A stretch of 64,000 bases of DNA from Candidatus Hydrogenedentota bacterium (GCA_963745075.1 CAVUWV010000017.1:96001-160000); one strand, 5' to 3'. Positions 49,775 through 61,180 are shown, counted from the stretch's first letter. Translations and numbers: made by a program. Notes: a model not told the origin generated them from the sequence alone.

Positions 49775-51970
49775 ATGTACATACAGCTTATCAGCATCCA
49801 CGGACTCATTCGCGGCCACGAAATCGAAATGGGCCGCGATTCCGATACCGGCGGGCAGGTTCGGTACGTAATCGACCTCGCCCGGACGCTCGGCCAGTTC
49901 GAGGAAGTCGAGCAAGTGGATCTCTTCACCCGTCGGATTCGCGACAAGCGTGTGTCGGCGGATTACGAGAAGACCATCGAGGAACTCGGACCCAAGGCGC
50001 GCCTCGTTCGGCTTCCCTGCGGGGGAGGCCGTTACCTTCGCAAAGAGCGCCTGTGGCCGTACCTCGATGATTTCGTCGATGGCATGATTTCGTTCACCCG
50101 GCGGGAAGGCCGGATTCCCAGTGTCGTCCACGGCCATTATGCCGATGCCGGCTACATCGCCAATGAAGTCGCCTCCGCCTTCGCCGTGCCCTTTGTCTTT
50201 ACCGGCCATTCCTTGGGACGCGACAAGAAGGCCTATCTCGAATCCCAGGGATGGTCGGAAGACGCGATGGAGAAGGAATTCCGCATCAACCATCGTATCG
50301 CCATGGAAGAACGCGCACTCGCGTCGGCGAACTTGGTGGTTACCAGCACGCGCCACGAACGGGATACGCAGTACGCCCGGTACGACAATGGCAAGGAACC
50401 CCGCTTCGAGATCATTCCACCGGGTACCAGCCTCGACCGGTTCTTTCCGTATTACGAATACGAACTCGCGCCCGATCACGTGCCCGAAGTGTACAAACAG
50501 GCGCGCATGAGCATGCAGGCGGAACTGGACCGCTTCCATTTCGAACGGGACCGGCCCCTGATCCTCGCCATGTGCCGCCCGGATAAGCGGAAGAACATCG
50601 GCGCAATCATCGAAGCCTACGGGCGCGACAAGGAACTCCAGGCCCTCGCCAACCTTGCGATCTTCGCGGGCATCCGCAAGAATATCGCCGAAATGCCGGA
50701 TAACGAACGGCAGGTATTGACGGACATCCTGCTGCACATGGACCAGTTCGACCTCTACGGCAAGATGGCGATTCCGAAACGCCACGATTCGGAACGCGAA
50801 GTGCCCGAGTTGTACCGTCTCGCCGCGTCGAAACGCGGCGCCTTCGTGAACACGGCTTTTGTGGAACCCTTCGGCCTGACGTATATCGAAGCGTCCGCCT
50901 GCGGACTGCCCTTCGTCGGCACGGAGAACGGCGGGCCTCAGGACATCGTCCAGAACTGCGAGAGCGGCATCCTCGTCGATGTGGAAGATTATGATGCCGT
51001 CGCCGCCGCCATCAAGAAGATCCTCACCGACCGCGATCTCTGGGAGCAGTACAGCAACAACGGGATCAATCGCGTCCGCGAACATTACTCCTGGGACCAC
51101 CATTGCGAGCTGTACATGAAGTCCGTCCGGGAAATCGTGGAGTCGTCTCCCAAGAGCTACGTCGCACAACAAAAAACGGAAGATGCGCCGGGCCGCCGCT
51201 TATCGAAGGTCAGCTCCGTGTTGATCACGGATATCGACAACACGCTGCTCGGCGACGATGACGCCTTGGCGCGACTTCTCGAGGTGGTCAAGGACGAACG
51301 CAACAGCCTGGCCTTCGGCGTCGCGTCCGGACGCCATTTGAACGCGGTGCTGGAAGTCATCGAAGCCCACCAGATTGATACCGTCGATGTCATTGTCTCC
51401 TCGGTGGGCACGGAGATTTACTATGGCCCGGAGCGCACCTTCGATAAGGGGTGGGCAAGCCATTTGCGCCATCGCTGGAATCGCGGTCGCATCGAAAAGG
51501 CGCTCGAAGCGTTGCCATTTCTATACATGCAGTCGGATGAGGAAACCCAGCGCGAGTTTAAGGTCAGTTACGACCTCGACACAGACGCCATCTCGCCGGA
51601 CGACGCGTTTCCTCAGATTCACGACGCACTGTATAGGACGAGTGTTCCGCATACCCTCATCTTCTCACACGGTATGTTCATCGATATTCTTCCCCAGCGC
51701 GCCTCCAAAGGGAAGGCGGTCCGTTACCTCTCCAACAAATGGAACGTGCCTCTCGAACGTATCGCCACAGCCGGTGACTCGGGCAACGATATCGACATGC
51801 TCCGCGGCCGTACGGCGGCCATTGTGGTCGGCAATTATTCCCAGGAGATGGAGCCGCTGAAAGACAGCGGTTCTCGCGTGTATTTCGCCAAAGGATGCTA
51901 CGCGGAAGGCATTCTCGAAGGCCTCGAGCATTACGGGCTCATCCCGAAACAGGAGACCGTGTCCCGATGA
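49775..51970 (+). CDS. Bifunctional sucrose-phosphate synthase / sucrose-phosphate phosphatase
   Basis: SIHGLIRG...GRDSDTGGQVRYV, HGHYADAG, TGHSLG, EPFGLT; C-terminal HAD domain with an intact DIDNT motif, ASKGKA, GDSGND. Confidence 0.93.
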   Translation: MYIQLISIHGLIRGHEIEMGRDSDTGGQVRYVIDLARTLGQFEEVEQVDLFTRRIRDKRVSADYEKTIEELGPKARLVRLPCGGGRYLRKERLWPYLDDFVDGMISFTRREGRIPSVVHGHYADAGYIANEVASAFAVPFVFTGHSLGRDKKAYLESQGWSEDAMEKEFRINHRIAMEERALASANLVVTSTRHERDTQYARYDNGKEPRFEIIPPGTSLDRFFPYYEYELAPDHVPEVYKQARMSMQAELDRFHFERDRPLILAMCRPDKRKNIGAIIEAYGRDKELQALANLAIFAGIRKNIAEMPDNERQVLTDILLHMDQFDLYGKMAIPKRHDSEREVPELYRLAASKRGAFVNTAFVEPFGLTYIEASACGLPFVGTENGGPQDIVQNCESGILVDVEDYDAVAAAIKKILTDRDLWEQYSNNGINRVREHYSWDHHCELYMKSVREIVESSPKSYVAQQKTEDAPGRRLSKVSSVLITDIDNTLLGDDDALARLLEVVKDERNSLAFGVASGRHLNAVLEVIEAHQIDTVDVIVSSVGTEIYYGPERTFDKGWASHLRHRWNRGRIEKALEALPFLYMQSDEETQREFKVSYDLDTDAISPDDAFPQIHDALYRTSVPHTLIFSHGMFIDILPQRASKGKAVRYLSNKWNVPLERIATAGDSGNDIDMLRGRTAAIVVGNYSQEMEPLKDSGSRVYFAKGCYAEGILEGLEHYGLIPKQETVSR

Positions 51971-52957
51971 GTACGCAACCCCGCGTGGTGACGATGGGCG
52001 AATTACTGATCGATTTCCTGGCATCACCCCGCGTCAAACAACTCGAGGACGCCGAAAACTTTACTCCCAACGCCGGCGGAGCGCCGGCCAACGTCGCCGT
52101 CGGGGTTCGCCGCCTCGGTGTGCCCAGCGGCTTCATCGGGATGGTCGGCGACGACGCCTTCGGCCGGTTCTTGCGTCAGACGTTACAGGAACACAAAGTC
52201 GACGTTCGGTCGCTCGCAACCTCTGCGGGTCAACCGACCACCCTGGCATTCGTTGCGTTAGACTAAAAAGGGTGTTCCGGATTTCTCGTTTTACCGTCAT
52301 CCGGGCGCCGATCTGTCCCTTCGGTTTTCCGACGTCGATTTGTCGGTTTTATCGGACGCCCGCGTCTTTCATTTCGGATCTCTGTCGCTTGTCGCTCCGC
52401 CTGCTGCCGATACCACGCAGGCTCTGCTGGCACTCGCCAACGAACGCGGCCTCTTCGTCACCTACGACCCCAACTACCGCGCGGCACTTTGGCCCGATGA
52501 AAACGTCGCCAATCAACGCATGGCCGAACCGCTTCCGCAGGTGCACCTGCTCAAAGTGTCGGACGACGAACTGGAACGTTTGAGCGGTACGCGCGACGTT
52601 GCGAAGGGCTGCGCGAAACTCGCGAACGGCGGACCATCGTGCATCGTTGTGACGCGTGGGGGAGAGGGCGTGTCCGGCTGGCTATCGGGTGACCACTTCG
52701 ACATCCCCGAGGAAGCGGTCGAGGTCAAAGACACCACCGGCTGCGGCGACGCACTCATGTCCGGTGTCATCGCGGGCCTCCTTCGCGCCTATCCTAATCT
52801 GGATCGGAATACGTCAATTGAAATGGAACCCTTCAAACGCGCGCTCGAATTTGCCAATTGCTGCGCAGCCCTCGCCGCAACGCAATCGGGCGCGATTCCG
52901 TCGCTGCCCACAGAGGACGATGTCCGAAAGCACTGGCCGGATCTTGAACTGCCGTGA
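51967..52957 (+). CDS. PfkB family carbohydrate kinase (fructokinase), interrupted by a +1 insertion at ~52264
   Basis: MGELLIDF, GGAPANVA, VGDDAFG; deleting T52264 gives FVALDKKGVPDFSFYRHPGAD, continuing to YDPNYR and DTTGCGD. Confidence 0.85.
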
Positions 52958-52986
52958 GCTTGGCTCCGGCGAGTGGTGGCGGAAAA

Positions 52987-53047
52987 TGTAGCGCAGGCGT
53001 CCCGCCTGCTGAATCTGCGGGAAAGCAGGCGGGACGCCTACGCAACA
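52987..53047. repeat. GTAG-type REP-like inverted pair between convergent genes
   Basis: TGTAGCGCAGGCGTCCCGCCTGCT matches the reverse complement of 53024-53047 at 22/24. Confidence 0.75.
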
Positions 53048-53092
53048 TACGACTTCACATCGTTACCTGCACGCCCGCCGCACACTGCACGA

Positions 53093-54500
53093 TCATCGTA
53101 CTCGGTTCCGAGAGCCCCGTTGTCGCACCGAACTCGAGTCTGATTCCGCCCGAGATTGAACTGCGGGCTGGCCGATCGCCCAAATGATATCGCCGGTACA
53201 GTCCCCGCCCTTGCAGCGTAGGGGCTTCGTACCGCCATCGTCGATCAGATCGGGTCCGACACTGTAGAGCACGTACCCTTCCCCGCGCCGCTCATACACG
53301 GAAGAAGCACCTGCAAATGGATCGTCGGGCATCCCATCACGCAAATACGGTGCCACCAATGCCAGCGCTTCCGGGTATTCCCCATGTTCCGCGTGAAATC
53401 GGGAAATCGCCAGCCCAATCTCCAGGAGCGAGGCTTGCGCTTCCATCCGCTGCCACGCGTCGATGGACCGCAGCAGGGCCGGTGCCGTGACCTGGGTCAG
53501 GGCATAGATCACGTACGGGCCCTTTTCCGCAGTCTGTCGTGCTTGCGCGAGCAGTTCCCGTTGCCGGTCTATGTCTTTCGCCCGGACCGCGTCTACCATT
53601 GCGATCAGCACGTCGGTCATCCTGAGTTCGTTGAGCGACCACCATAGCCGGGGTCCCGCCTCATGCTGGCGGTCCCGCATGAATAGGTAATCGCCCGTCA
53701 ACGTGCGAACGAAACTCTCCGGGTCGCGCAACGATCGGGTCTCGTCAAGAATCGCCGCGAACTCGTCCGGCGACACATCGGCGTCTGTGACAACCTGCTG
53801 CGCGGCCGGAAACGCGATACCCACCACAGCGATTTGAACGAGCTGAACGATCAGCGTCCCGTTTTCTCCGAGCGTATTGGCGAGATGCAAGGTCGCGCGG
53901 ACATAGGCCAGGGTAAGGTCGGTGTCCCCATCTCGCGCGGCGATCTCCGCGCGGGCGCACAGGTACCGGGCGAGACCGCGCGCCTCGGCCAGCGTCGGAA
54001 GTATCACCTCGGGATCGTTGGTCGGCGAGAGGACACCGTGATCGAAGGTTGCCGCCCTCAGAGCGACATCGAGACCAGGCTGTGCGGCCGCGAGTTTGCG
54101 CCGGACGTAGTCCTCGACCACATCCGGAGCGGGCGGCTCGTCCATCTTCATTGCGTCCGCAAAATTGTCTTTGTCGTGAAGGGCCGTATAGGGATCGAAC
54201 CCTCCGTAGAGTCCGTTGGCTTTTGCGATGAGCGACCAGGCGTAGCGGTAGTAGCGTCCCGCGTCATCCTGTGCGGGAGGCAGTTCGGGCATCAATCCGT
54301 CCGCAGTGATGGTGCCGAACCGCTGGGCGAACTCCGCCCGTTGGGACACGACCCGCCGCCACACGATCTGGTCCGCGAAGATGTAAACGATGACGAGTGC
54401 TATCACGAGCACGAGCAGAAACCGGAACGCCTTCGCACTCGAACACGTCTCGCCGCCAGATCCCCCGATACGATGTCTCTTTCTTTGCTTCGGCTTCCAT
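53093..54500 (-). CDS. Membrane-anchored helical protein with a GspG-like C-terminal motif; +1 frameshift near 54440
   Basis: GAGG SD and MEAEAKKE...RDVF join SAKAFRFLLVLVIALVIV (TM) after removing one base; C-terminal YPEAL..VAPYL...PDDPF...YSVGPDLIDDGG. Confidence 0.6.
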
Positions 54501-54515
54501 GATGTTTCCTCGCGC

Positions 54516-54927
54516 TTAAGATGGCGTCCAAGCCCAACACTGTGCCACCGCGTTGCGCAGTGGTGGTGCCCCATCCATGTACCCGTGGCTTTGGCCGGGC
54601 CATTGCGCGGCTCGTCAGATACTGCTGAAGTTCGGCGGCGGTGCCGCCGGGGACCGCTTTCGGCAGTTCAACTGCGATGACGCGTTCGCGTCGGCCATCG
54701 TTCGCGTTCTGTCTTATCCCGGCCAACCGTTTGTCCGTCTCGCGTTCCGACCACGCCGCACTCAGCGAAACCAAGATAAGCACTGCCAACGCCCAGCGCA
54801 GCGCCCGGCCCCACTTTGCCCGCTCGATGGCCGAATCCGAATCGGCCGCGGCGAGAATCCGTTGACGTAACCGTTCCGGCGGATGTACAGGCTGGAAACG
54901 GCGCAAGCGGAGTACAATCGTGTCCAT
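54516..54927 (-). CDS. Putative small anti-sigma factor (single TM); probable frameshift in the G4 run at ~54570
   Basis: MDTIVLRLRRFQP..PPERLRQRILAAA...WALAVLILVSLSAAW directly follows the ECF sigma; the corrected frame stops at TAA 54516, just before the next SD. Confidence 0.5.
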
Positions 54928-55492
54928 TGTCTTCATCTCCAAGAAGTTCACGTAGTTTCGCCAAAGCGTACCGGTACCGGCTGGCCGCGGTGTTTGCCGA
55001 ACACTTCATCACCCGCCCGATTTGGCGAAAGGTCATGTCTTGATAGGTTTTCAGCAGCACGACTTCGCGCTGGTCGACGGGCAGCGCGCCAAGGGCTGCG
55101 TTGATTTGTTGGCGGCTCTCCGTCTTCTCGATCGGGTCAATGGGTTCCAGAATGGACGACATCACAATCTGTCGGCTGGATCGCTCGCGCACGGCCTGAC
55201 GCCGTAGCCGGTCGTAGGCGGCATTGCGCGCGGCGCGGTACATGTAGCCGACCGGGTTGCCCAATCCGAACAATTGCCGTTGCCGCCGCAGCGCGCGCTC
55301 AAACACTTCGTGCACAACGTCTTCAGCATCCACCACATCCGCGGTGATGGCCAGGACGTAGGCATATAGTGCCGCCGCATGACGGTCGTATAGCGCCGCT
55401 ATCGTGCTTTCTTCACCGGCGTTCGCATCATTCCTCAGTTCAGTCTCTCCCCGGTGCAGCGACGATGCGCGTATGGTGGTCTCGGTAACCAT
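54668..55492 (-). CDS. ECF sigma-70 factor (probable true end ~54914)
   Basis: LYDRH, DAEDVVHEVF, YMYRAARN, LPVDQREVVLLK....MTFRQIG.....NTAASRYRYAL; the tail after LLGDEDNGHD reads through the next gene. Confidence 0.88.
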   Translation of the reverse strand: MVTETTIRASSLHRGETELRNDANAGEESTIAALYDRHAAALYAYVLAITADVVDAEDVVHEVFERALRRQRQLFGLGNPVGYMYRAARNAAYDRLRRQAVRERSSRQIVMSSILEPIDPIEKTESRQQINAALGALPVDQREVVLLKTYQDMTFRQIGRVMKCSANTAASRYRYALAKLRELLGDEDNGHDCTPLAPFPACTSAGTVTSTDSRRGRFGFGHRAGKVGPGAALGVGSAYLGFAECGVVGTRDGQTVGRDKTERERWPTRTRHRS

Positions 55493-55569
55493 CGGTACTT
55501 TTCTAACGTACGACGGGACGGGATTTGTCTAAGTTGAGAATCGGATTTTCCGGGCGCCACGTAGAATGG

Positions 55570-57519
55570 CTATTGCTTCCGTTTCCCGGGTACGCCGTAA
55601 CTGTAGAGGTGCGATCCGCTGCCAAAGTAGATGCGACCGTCGAGATAGTCGCCGCCGGGTCCGATAGGCACGGGGGAATCCGCGAACTGCGTAATTGCGT
55701 AGGCGCGTGGGTTTACTCGGGCAATGCCCTTTACGAACAGCATGTACACGTCGCCGTCCGGGCTCTGAATGAAAACGCGCGGACCCTGGTGCGAAATGGT
55801 GGGACCCAGCGTTTCGTTGAGATCCTGCTCGTGGACCACGGTACGTGTCTTCGGGTCAAAGGCGAAGAACCGGGTTCGATCCGCGACCCCGTACACCATT
55901 CCGTTCGATGAATGGCACAGATCGGTATAGCCCTGCACGCCGGGGAAGACCGGTTCGTGCCACACAATGGACTTGCTCCGGAGATCGAGAATGTACAACT
56001 CGGCCTCTTTGCCTTTCTGCTCGCCCCCGGTACCGGGCGCAGTGGTCGATCCACCGATGATCGTGTTTCCATCGAGCGCAGCCGAGGCTCAGCGTTGCTT
56101 GCTCCGGCAATAGCTCCGTGTGTTCGACGAGTACGCGCTCGCTCGGTCTCCCGGTTCCAAAACAGTAGACCACCGCCGGTGTAGCCGTAGCCGGGCGTCC
56201 CCGCGAGAACAAGTGTCTTGCCGTCGGGGTGCGCGAGAAGGTCGTGCGGACGATGGATGGTGGGCGTGCAATCCGTCAGGAATAACGGATTACAGCCCGC
56301 TTGGCCCTTTGTTCGTCGTCCACCCATTCGCTCGCTGGGTCCCATTCGAGGAGAAAGCCGCCGCCATAACCGCCGACGAAGAAGCGGTCGCCCTGGCGCG
56401 CAACGGTGTTGCACTGTCCGTAGGCTGGCGCGGTTGACCCACGCGTCCGTCTTCGGGTTGTAGCTGAAGAACCGCATGGGGAAGGCCGTACCGCCGCAAA
56501 TAGTGCCGTCGGGCGCGACGGCGACGCCCATGATGTGCGCGCCTTCGCTGGTGTAGTCGAAGGAGAGCTTCTTCGTCTCCCGGGTTTCCGGGTTTTCCAC
56601 AACGAGGACCCGGTTTACGAGGTCGCAGGATTTGAGCACCTTGCCATCGGGAAATTCCGTGTGAACGAGACTCTGACTGCCCGTGATGATGGGTTTGGGG
56701 TTCGGATCGGCCGGCTTTGTAATCGGGCGTAATCGTGCCCTTGTACAGCTCGTACCAATCGTCGTCATTGCCGCTCCCTGAATGGCCGTAGACCTTGCCG
56801 TTCATGTCGCGGTATACCGAACCACTTCCCTTAACCCGTTCCTCCTCCGGAATCACGGGGATGGCCTCTCGCGTCTTCGGATTGAACGCGATGATCTGGC
56901 TCGCTGTGCTGCCGATGCCGAAATAGATCCAACCCGCATCGTCCGCCGCCACGTAGCGCTGGTACTGTTTCCAGTTCTGATCGTATACGTGATCCATAGT
57001 CCGTGAACTCCCGGGTCGCCGGATCGAACGAAACAACCCCGCTGTTCGGATAGGTCACCGACCAGATGACCCCGTTGTCGTCCTCCGTCATGCCCATGGC
57101 CATCTGTGGCGTGGTCTTCTCGAAGAACGTAAAGGCGCGCTTCGCCGGATCGAATTCGCAGAAATAGCTGTTGAAATGGGCGTAATACTTGTTCCGGCTC
57201 GAAAGAATCGACGCGTACGGACAGTCCCCGCCCGGCGGAAAGGGAACCGGGTACTCCTGAGACTGTCGCCGGTTTCCGCGTCGATCATCAGCAATGCGTA
57301 TCCGCCGCGATAGTCGAACAGCCACACCAGCACCACGTCGCGCCCCTCGCCATCCACTGTGGCCACGATGCCGCGGTGATTGCTGATCGGGCGTCGCGAC
57401 GCCGTGGTGGAGAAAACCGTTGCCCAAGTCTTCGGTGGCGGCTCCAGCGGAAAAGGACAGGCTCGCCGATCACGAGAAAGTCCGGTGAGTACGAGATTGA
57501 AAACATTATTACGTAGCAT
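55570..57519 (-). pseudogene. Secreted beta-propeller protein (~640 aa) broken by roughly 8-10 frameshifts
   Basis: Track fragments stitch into one protein with blade-like repeats (xxDxxGxI[WY]xG, FDP.T); pseudogene or low-quality assembly. Confidence 0.6.
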
Positions 57520-57756
57520 GCCTGCCCCCTTTATGGCGTGTACAACGGCCGATCGGCGTGGGAAACGCGAATTGCCTCAAGTGCCTATCTTTTCATCCTT
57601 GCCGAGTGGAAGCGCAAACGGAAGGCGTCGACTGGCGATACGTTGGCGAGACATCGAGCGCCGATGCCACGCGTGAAACCGTAGGTCAGTTCCAAAACGC
57701 ATCGCGCGGTCGGCGACCGCGCGAGTACGAAAGATACAAGTGTGTTTTTGTACGGG

Positions 57757-58160
57757 TCAGTTCCAGCCGCGCCGACAACTCCGGCCGCAACCTTGACTAT
57801 TACCGCGTCCACGTTGCTGGCCGTGTCTCCAGCGGGGGCCGCGGCGATTGGCCCTGCCAGGCCCTGAAGCATTCCGCCCGTAGCCGCCATTCGCACATGG
57901 TTCGAAGGCCGGCAGGTGACGATCCCGCGACGCACTGCGCAAGGCCGTGAAGACCTGGATGAGTTCGAGGTTCTTCACCTTCGCCATGACCTTGTCGTAG
58001 ATCGCCACGTTATCCTGTTCCGCTTGCGCGGCGGCGGCACAGGCTTCCGCCAAAGTGCAAGTACCGGGCCAACGAAATCCGTCTGCTTGCATCGATTTGC
58101 TGTGCAAAGGCAACACGATATCGATGATTGGTATACAAATATTGCAGGGCCGGGCCGGCA
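57757..58160 (-). pseudogene. Remnant of a DUF2202/ferritin-like protein (C-terminal half plus Gly/Arg tail)
   Basis: TLAEAC.AA..AE..N.AIYD......VF..L..AS...HLPAF..C; the N-terminal half is degenerate or missing. Confidence 0.45.
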
Positions 58161-58218
58161 TCGCAACTCGGATTCGACGCCGGTCCGGCCCCACGGGCGG
58201 AGAGGGGTAATATCGATG

Positions 58219-59466
58219 CTACCGCGAGTCCCCGCTCCCGACGGGGTCCACCCGGGTCAAAGGCGGCGGTGTTGGGTGCTTCGACGGCTTGGGCTGTCTC
58301 GTAAATACCTCGTCCCAATTCACATCGGCGGTGACCTTCATCAATACGGCCAGCGTGACCACCGATCCGATGGCGACCGTCAGCCCCGTGATGCCCTCCA
58401 GGAAGAAGCTGTACGAAAACAGGACCAGGAAGAAGATTTGTCCCGCGATGGCGACCTTCCAGGGGAATTGTCCCTTCAAGGCGGCCGACAGATAGCTCGT
58501 CACCAGCCCCACCGACACGATGGCGCAGATCACAAAGGCGATGTGAATGCTGATGACCCCTACGAGGTACGCCAGCAGCAGGTGGAAGGCAAAGAACCCT
58601 GCTGCTACGAAAAGGTAATGCATGGGGTGGATGTTCACCTTGTACAGGATATTGATCGTCGCGACGAGCACGAAGAAGAAGAGCAGACAGACTGGAGCGA
58701 AGAACGTGATGCGCGACGTCAGCGGCCCCGGATTCAGCTTCTCCGGAATGATCACGCCGATACTTTCATGCGTAATCAGGTCGGAAGCCTTCCAGGTGAG
58801 CGCCATGCCGCCGCCCGATCGTTCGGTCGACATGGGGGAGAGGCATCCTTCCGGATAGTCCACCGCGGCGAAATCCGTGTTCACGGTCAGGTTGAGATTC
58901 TTCACGCGTCCCGCGTTAGGATCCAGCGCATACCGCCACTCGCGAATCCCGCGCGTTTCGTAGGTCACCCGGAACGTCGCGCTCTGGCCCGGCGCCAGTT
59001 CCACCATGTCGCCGACCCCTTCGGCGGTATTGATCGGCGTGGCGAGTTCCTCCCCATCAAGTGTCATCGAGAACGCGTCGTACGTGGCGTCCTTTGCCGG
59101 GAAGTCGAAGTGAATCCGCACTGTTTGTGCCACGGTTTCCTCGTTCGTGACGGTGTACGTGCCATCGAAGTTACAGACGTACGTCGGGTACCAGATGAGC
59201 CCCTTCTTGCGATAGTCCGCGGCAAGTTTCACCCTGATCTCGTTGTCCGTGGGAATCAGCCACCGGACCCGATCGCTTCCCGGAATCTCCACCGCGAACG
59301 TGGGGGCGGTCTGCACAATCGGTGCGCCCCATAACGCTTGCACCTGACCGCCCAAGCGCCCACCGAACTCATTTGACCGCATCGTCGTGGTCACCCCCAG
59401 GGTCCACCATCCCACACATGCCAGCGCAAAGATCGCGGCGATGGCAATCATTCTGTATACACTCAT
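58219..59466 (-). CDS. CreD-like inner membrane protein
   Basis: N-terminal TM, periplasmic domain, multi-TM C-terminus with IHPMHYLFV; AAAGGAGG SD; located in the cre locus. Confidence 0.75.
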   Translation of the reverse strand: MSVYRMIAIAAIFALACVGWWTLGVTTTMRSNEFGGRLGGQVQALWGAPIVQTAPTFAVEIPGSDRVRWLIPTDNEIRVKLAADYRKKGLIWYPTYVCNFDGTYTVTNEETVAQTVRIHFDFPAKDATYDAFSMTLDGEELATPINTAEGVGDMVELAPGQSATFRVTYETRGIREWRYALDPNAGRVKNLNLTVNTDFAAVDYPEGCLSPMSTERSGGGMALTWKASDLITHESIGVIIPEKLNPGPLTSRITFFAPVCLLFFFVLVATINILYKVNIHPMHYLFVAAGFFAFHLLLAYLVGVISIHIAFVICAIVSVGLVTSYLSAALKGQFPWKVAIAGQIFFLVLFSYSFFLEGITGLTVAIGSVVTLAVLMKVTADVNWDEVFTRQPKPSKHPTPPPLTRVDPVGSGDSR

Positions 59467-59539
59467 TCCGTACCTCCTTTCGGGACCATACTTGCCACGG
59501 TTACCCGCGAGGGTCCGCTCTCTGCATTTCGTTCAGGTA

Positions 59540-61180
59540 TTACCGTGCCCCGTCATCGACAGGTTCTTTGTACGAAATCGCCAGTGCCATGCCTTCACCC
59601 TTATAGAAGGCGCGCGAGAAGAAATACCGGTTGCCCACGAACTCTGTGGGGACGGGCCAGTCATCGCCCTTCGCCGGACTTACCGGTCCTTCCATCGACA
59701 GGAGTTCCACGCGCGCCGGCAAAGCGATACCGACGCGCACTTCCTGCGACGGCAAGCCGGTCTCCGGAATCGACGCCTCCAAGCGGCCCTGAAGTCCAAG
59801 TTTTTCCTTTTGCTCCAGGAACGCAAGCACCACATGCGACGGTTTCCCGCTGTCGAGTGGGATCATCCAGGTCCCATCGTCGCCGCCGTAGACCTTCTTC
59901 TTGACGTCGTTCACGGTTAACGACCAGATCTCTGCATCGGCAACGGCCTTCAGTTCGAGACGCGGACCCACGTCCGGCGGAACGTCCAGGATCAACACCG
60001 ACAACACGTTCCCGTTCTCTTCAAAAGAACTGAAGAAGTACTGCGACTCCAGAACGGTCACGGGGGTGCTGACCGGCTGGAACCGCGTCGGCGTGAGCGT
60101 GATTGGATTCTCCACCGGGACACTCATGTAAAACTGCGCGCCTGCCGCCGCCTGCTGGAGTGGTTCGGGGAGCCGGTCCGCCGGGATTCGCGTCACAAGA
60201 CCGTCCGCCGTCGCATCGATTTGTCCGTCCTCCGGTTCTTCCAGGACGAAACGGCCCTGCTGCCCGCCGTTCCCCTCGATAACCGGCAACGCCAGCGTAA
60301 TCGGACCCGCTTCTCCGGGCGTGTCCAGCGCCCACTCGATCGAAAAGACGCCGCGTTCTTCCGCGGGAAGCGTCAACGCGTACCGGCCATCCTTCACTTC
60401 GCGGATGGACGACGTCCGAAGAGACGACGACAAGTACTTGGCCCCCGGCGGGGCGTCGATGACGAGCCCATCCGGCATGGGACGCAACGGCAGGAAAAGC
60501 GTCGCGATAAACGTCCGGCCGCGTTGCGCCGATATCCGGGACAACGTATCGATCTGGATAACCGTAGCCGCCTCCAGGCGCTGCTTGTTTGCATATCGCA
60601 ACGCCAGCGATGGACTGGCCGAAAACCGGTAGATGCCCTCGCCATCGGCAATCCCCTGTGCATCGAGCAGCCGGAGATCCTCTGGCATCGTGACTTCCAG
60701 TGTGTTCTGTAACGCTCGGGGAATCGCGAAGGAAATACGCTGCGCTCCAGCGTCCTCCACGGCACGGACCAGCAACCGTGCCGCCACCTGGAACAACGCC
60801 GACGACCCGTCGGGCAGAATGGCCGTGGCGTCCAGGTCGGAGGGGCTCAGTACCGTGCATCCGCTGGCGTTGCTGATGGCGGTAATCACGACGTCACTGG
60901 TAAATAGCGGAATGGGTTTCGCCGGACCCGAGATGAGCTTTCCGGAAATCAGCACATCGACCTCCGCGCCGTCCGGTCGCAGACGACATTGATACTGCGC
61001 CTCGTCGAAGGAGTACACCTGGGGTGCAGGTTTTGGCTTTGCGACCGTCTTCATGATTTCCCGCTCGAGGTTGTCGCGATACAGCGTTTTAAACTCATTC
61101 CACGGGATGACTACGCCTTCCTCCCCCAAAACGGGCATCACCGCGATCAGCGCCGCAATCAGGATCGTGACAAGCCGCAT
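59540..61180 (-). CDS. Uncharacterised secreted protein (~546 aa) between creC and the creD-like gene
   Basis: GGAGG SD; signal peptide MRLVTILIAALIAVMPVLG; beta-rich body. Confidence 0.75.
   Translation of the reverse strand: MRLVTILIAALIAVMPVLGEEGVVIPWNEFKTLYRDNLEREIMKTVAKPKPAPQVYSFDEAQYQCRLRPDGAEVDVLISGKLISGPAKPIPLFTSDVVITAISNASGCTVLSPSDLDATAILPDGSSALFQVAARLLVRAVEDAGAQRISFAIPRALQNTLEVTMPEDLRLLDAQGIADGEGIYRFSASPSLALRYANKQRLEAATVIQIDTLSRISAQRGRTFIATLFLPLRPMPDGLVIDAPPGAKYLSSSLRTSSIREVKDGRYALTLPAEERGVFSIEWALDTPGEAGPITLALPVIEGNGGQQGRFVLEEPEDGQIDATADGLVTRIPADRLPEPLQQAAAGAQFYMSVPVENPITLTPTRFQPVSTPVTVLESQYFFSSFEENGNVLSVLILDVPPDVGPRLELKAVADAEIWSLTVNDVKKKVYGGDDGTWMIPLDSGKPSHVVLAFLEQKEKLGLQGRLEASIPETGLPSQEVRVGIALPARVELLSMEGPVSPAKGDDWPVPTEFVGNRYFFSRAFYKGEGMALAISYKEPVDDGAR

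Noticed and set aside
52255..52275. Programmed frameshift in pfkB at TAAAAAGGG
   Set aside because: The in-frame stop comes at the start of the A-run, and similar +1 insertions occur in unrelated genes; error is more parsimonious.
58196..58207. 12-nt match to the tRNA-Ser 3' end as an att site bounding an island
   Set aside because: The match is inverted relative to the tRNA, short, and no integrase is present.
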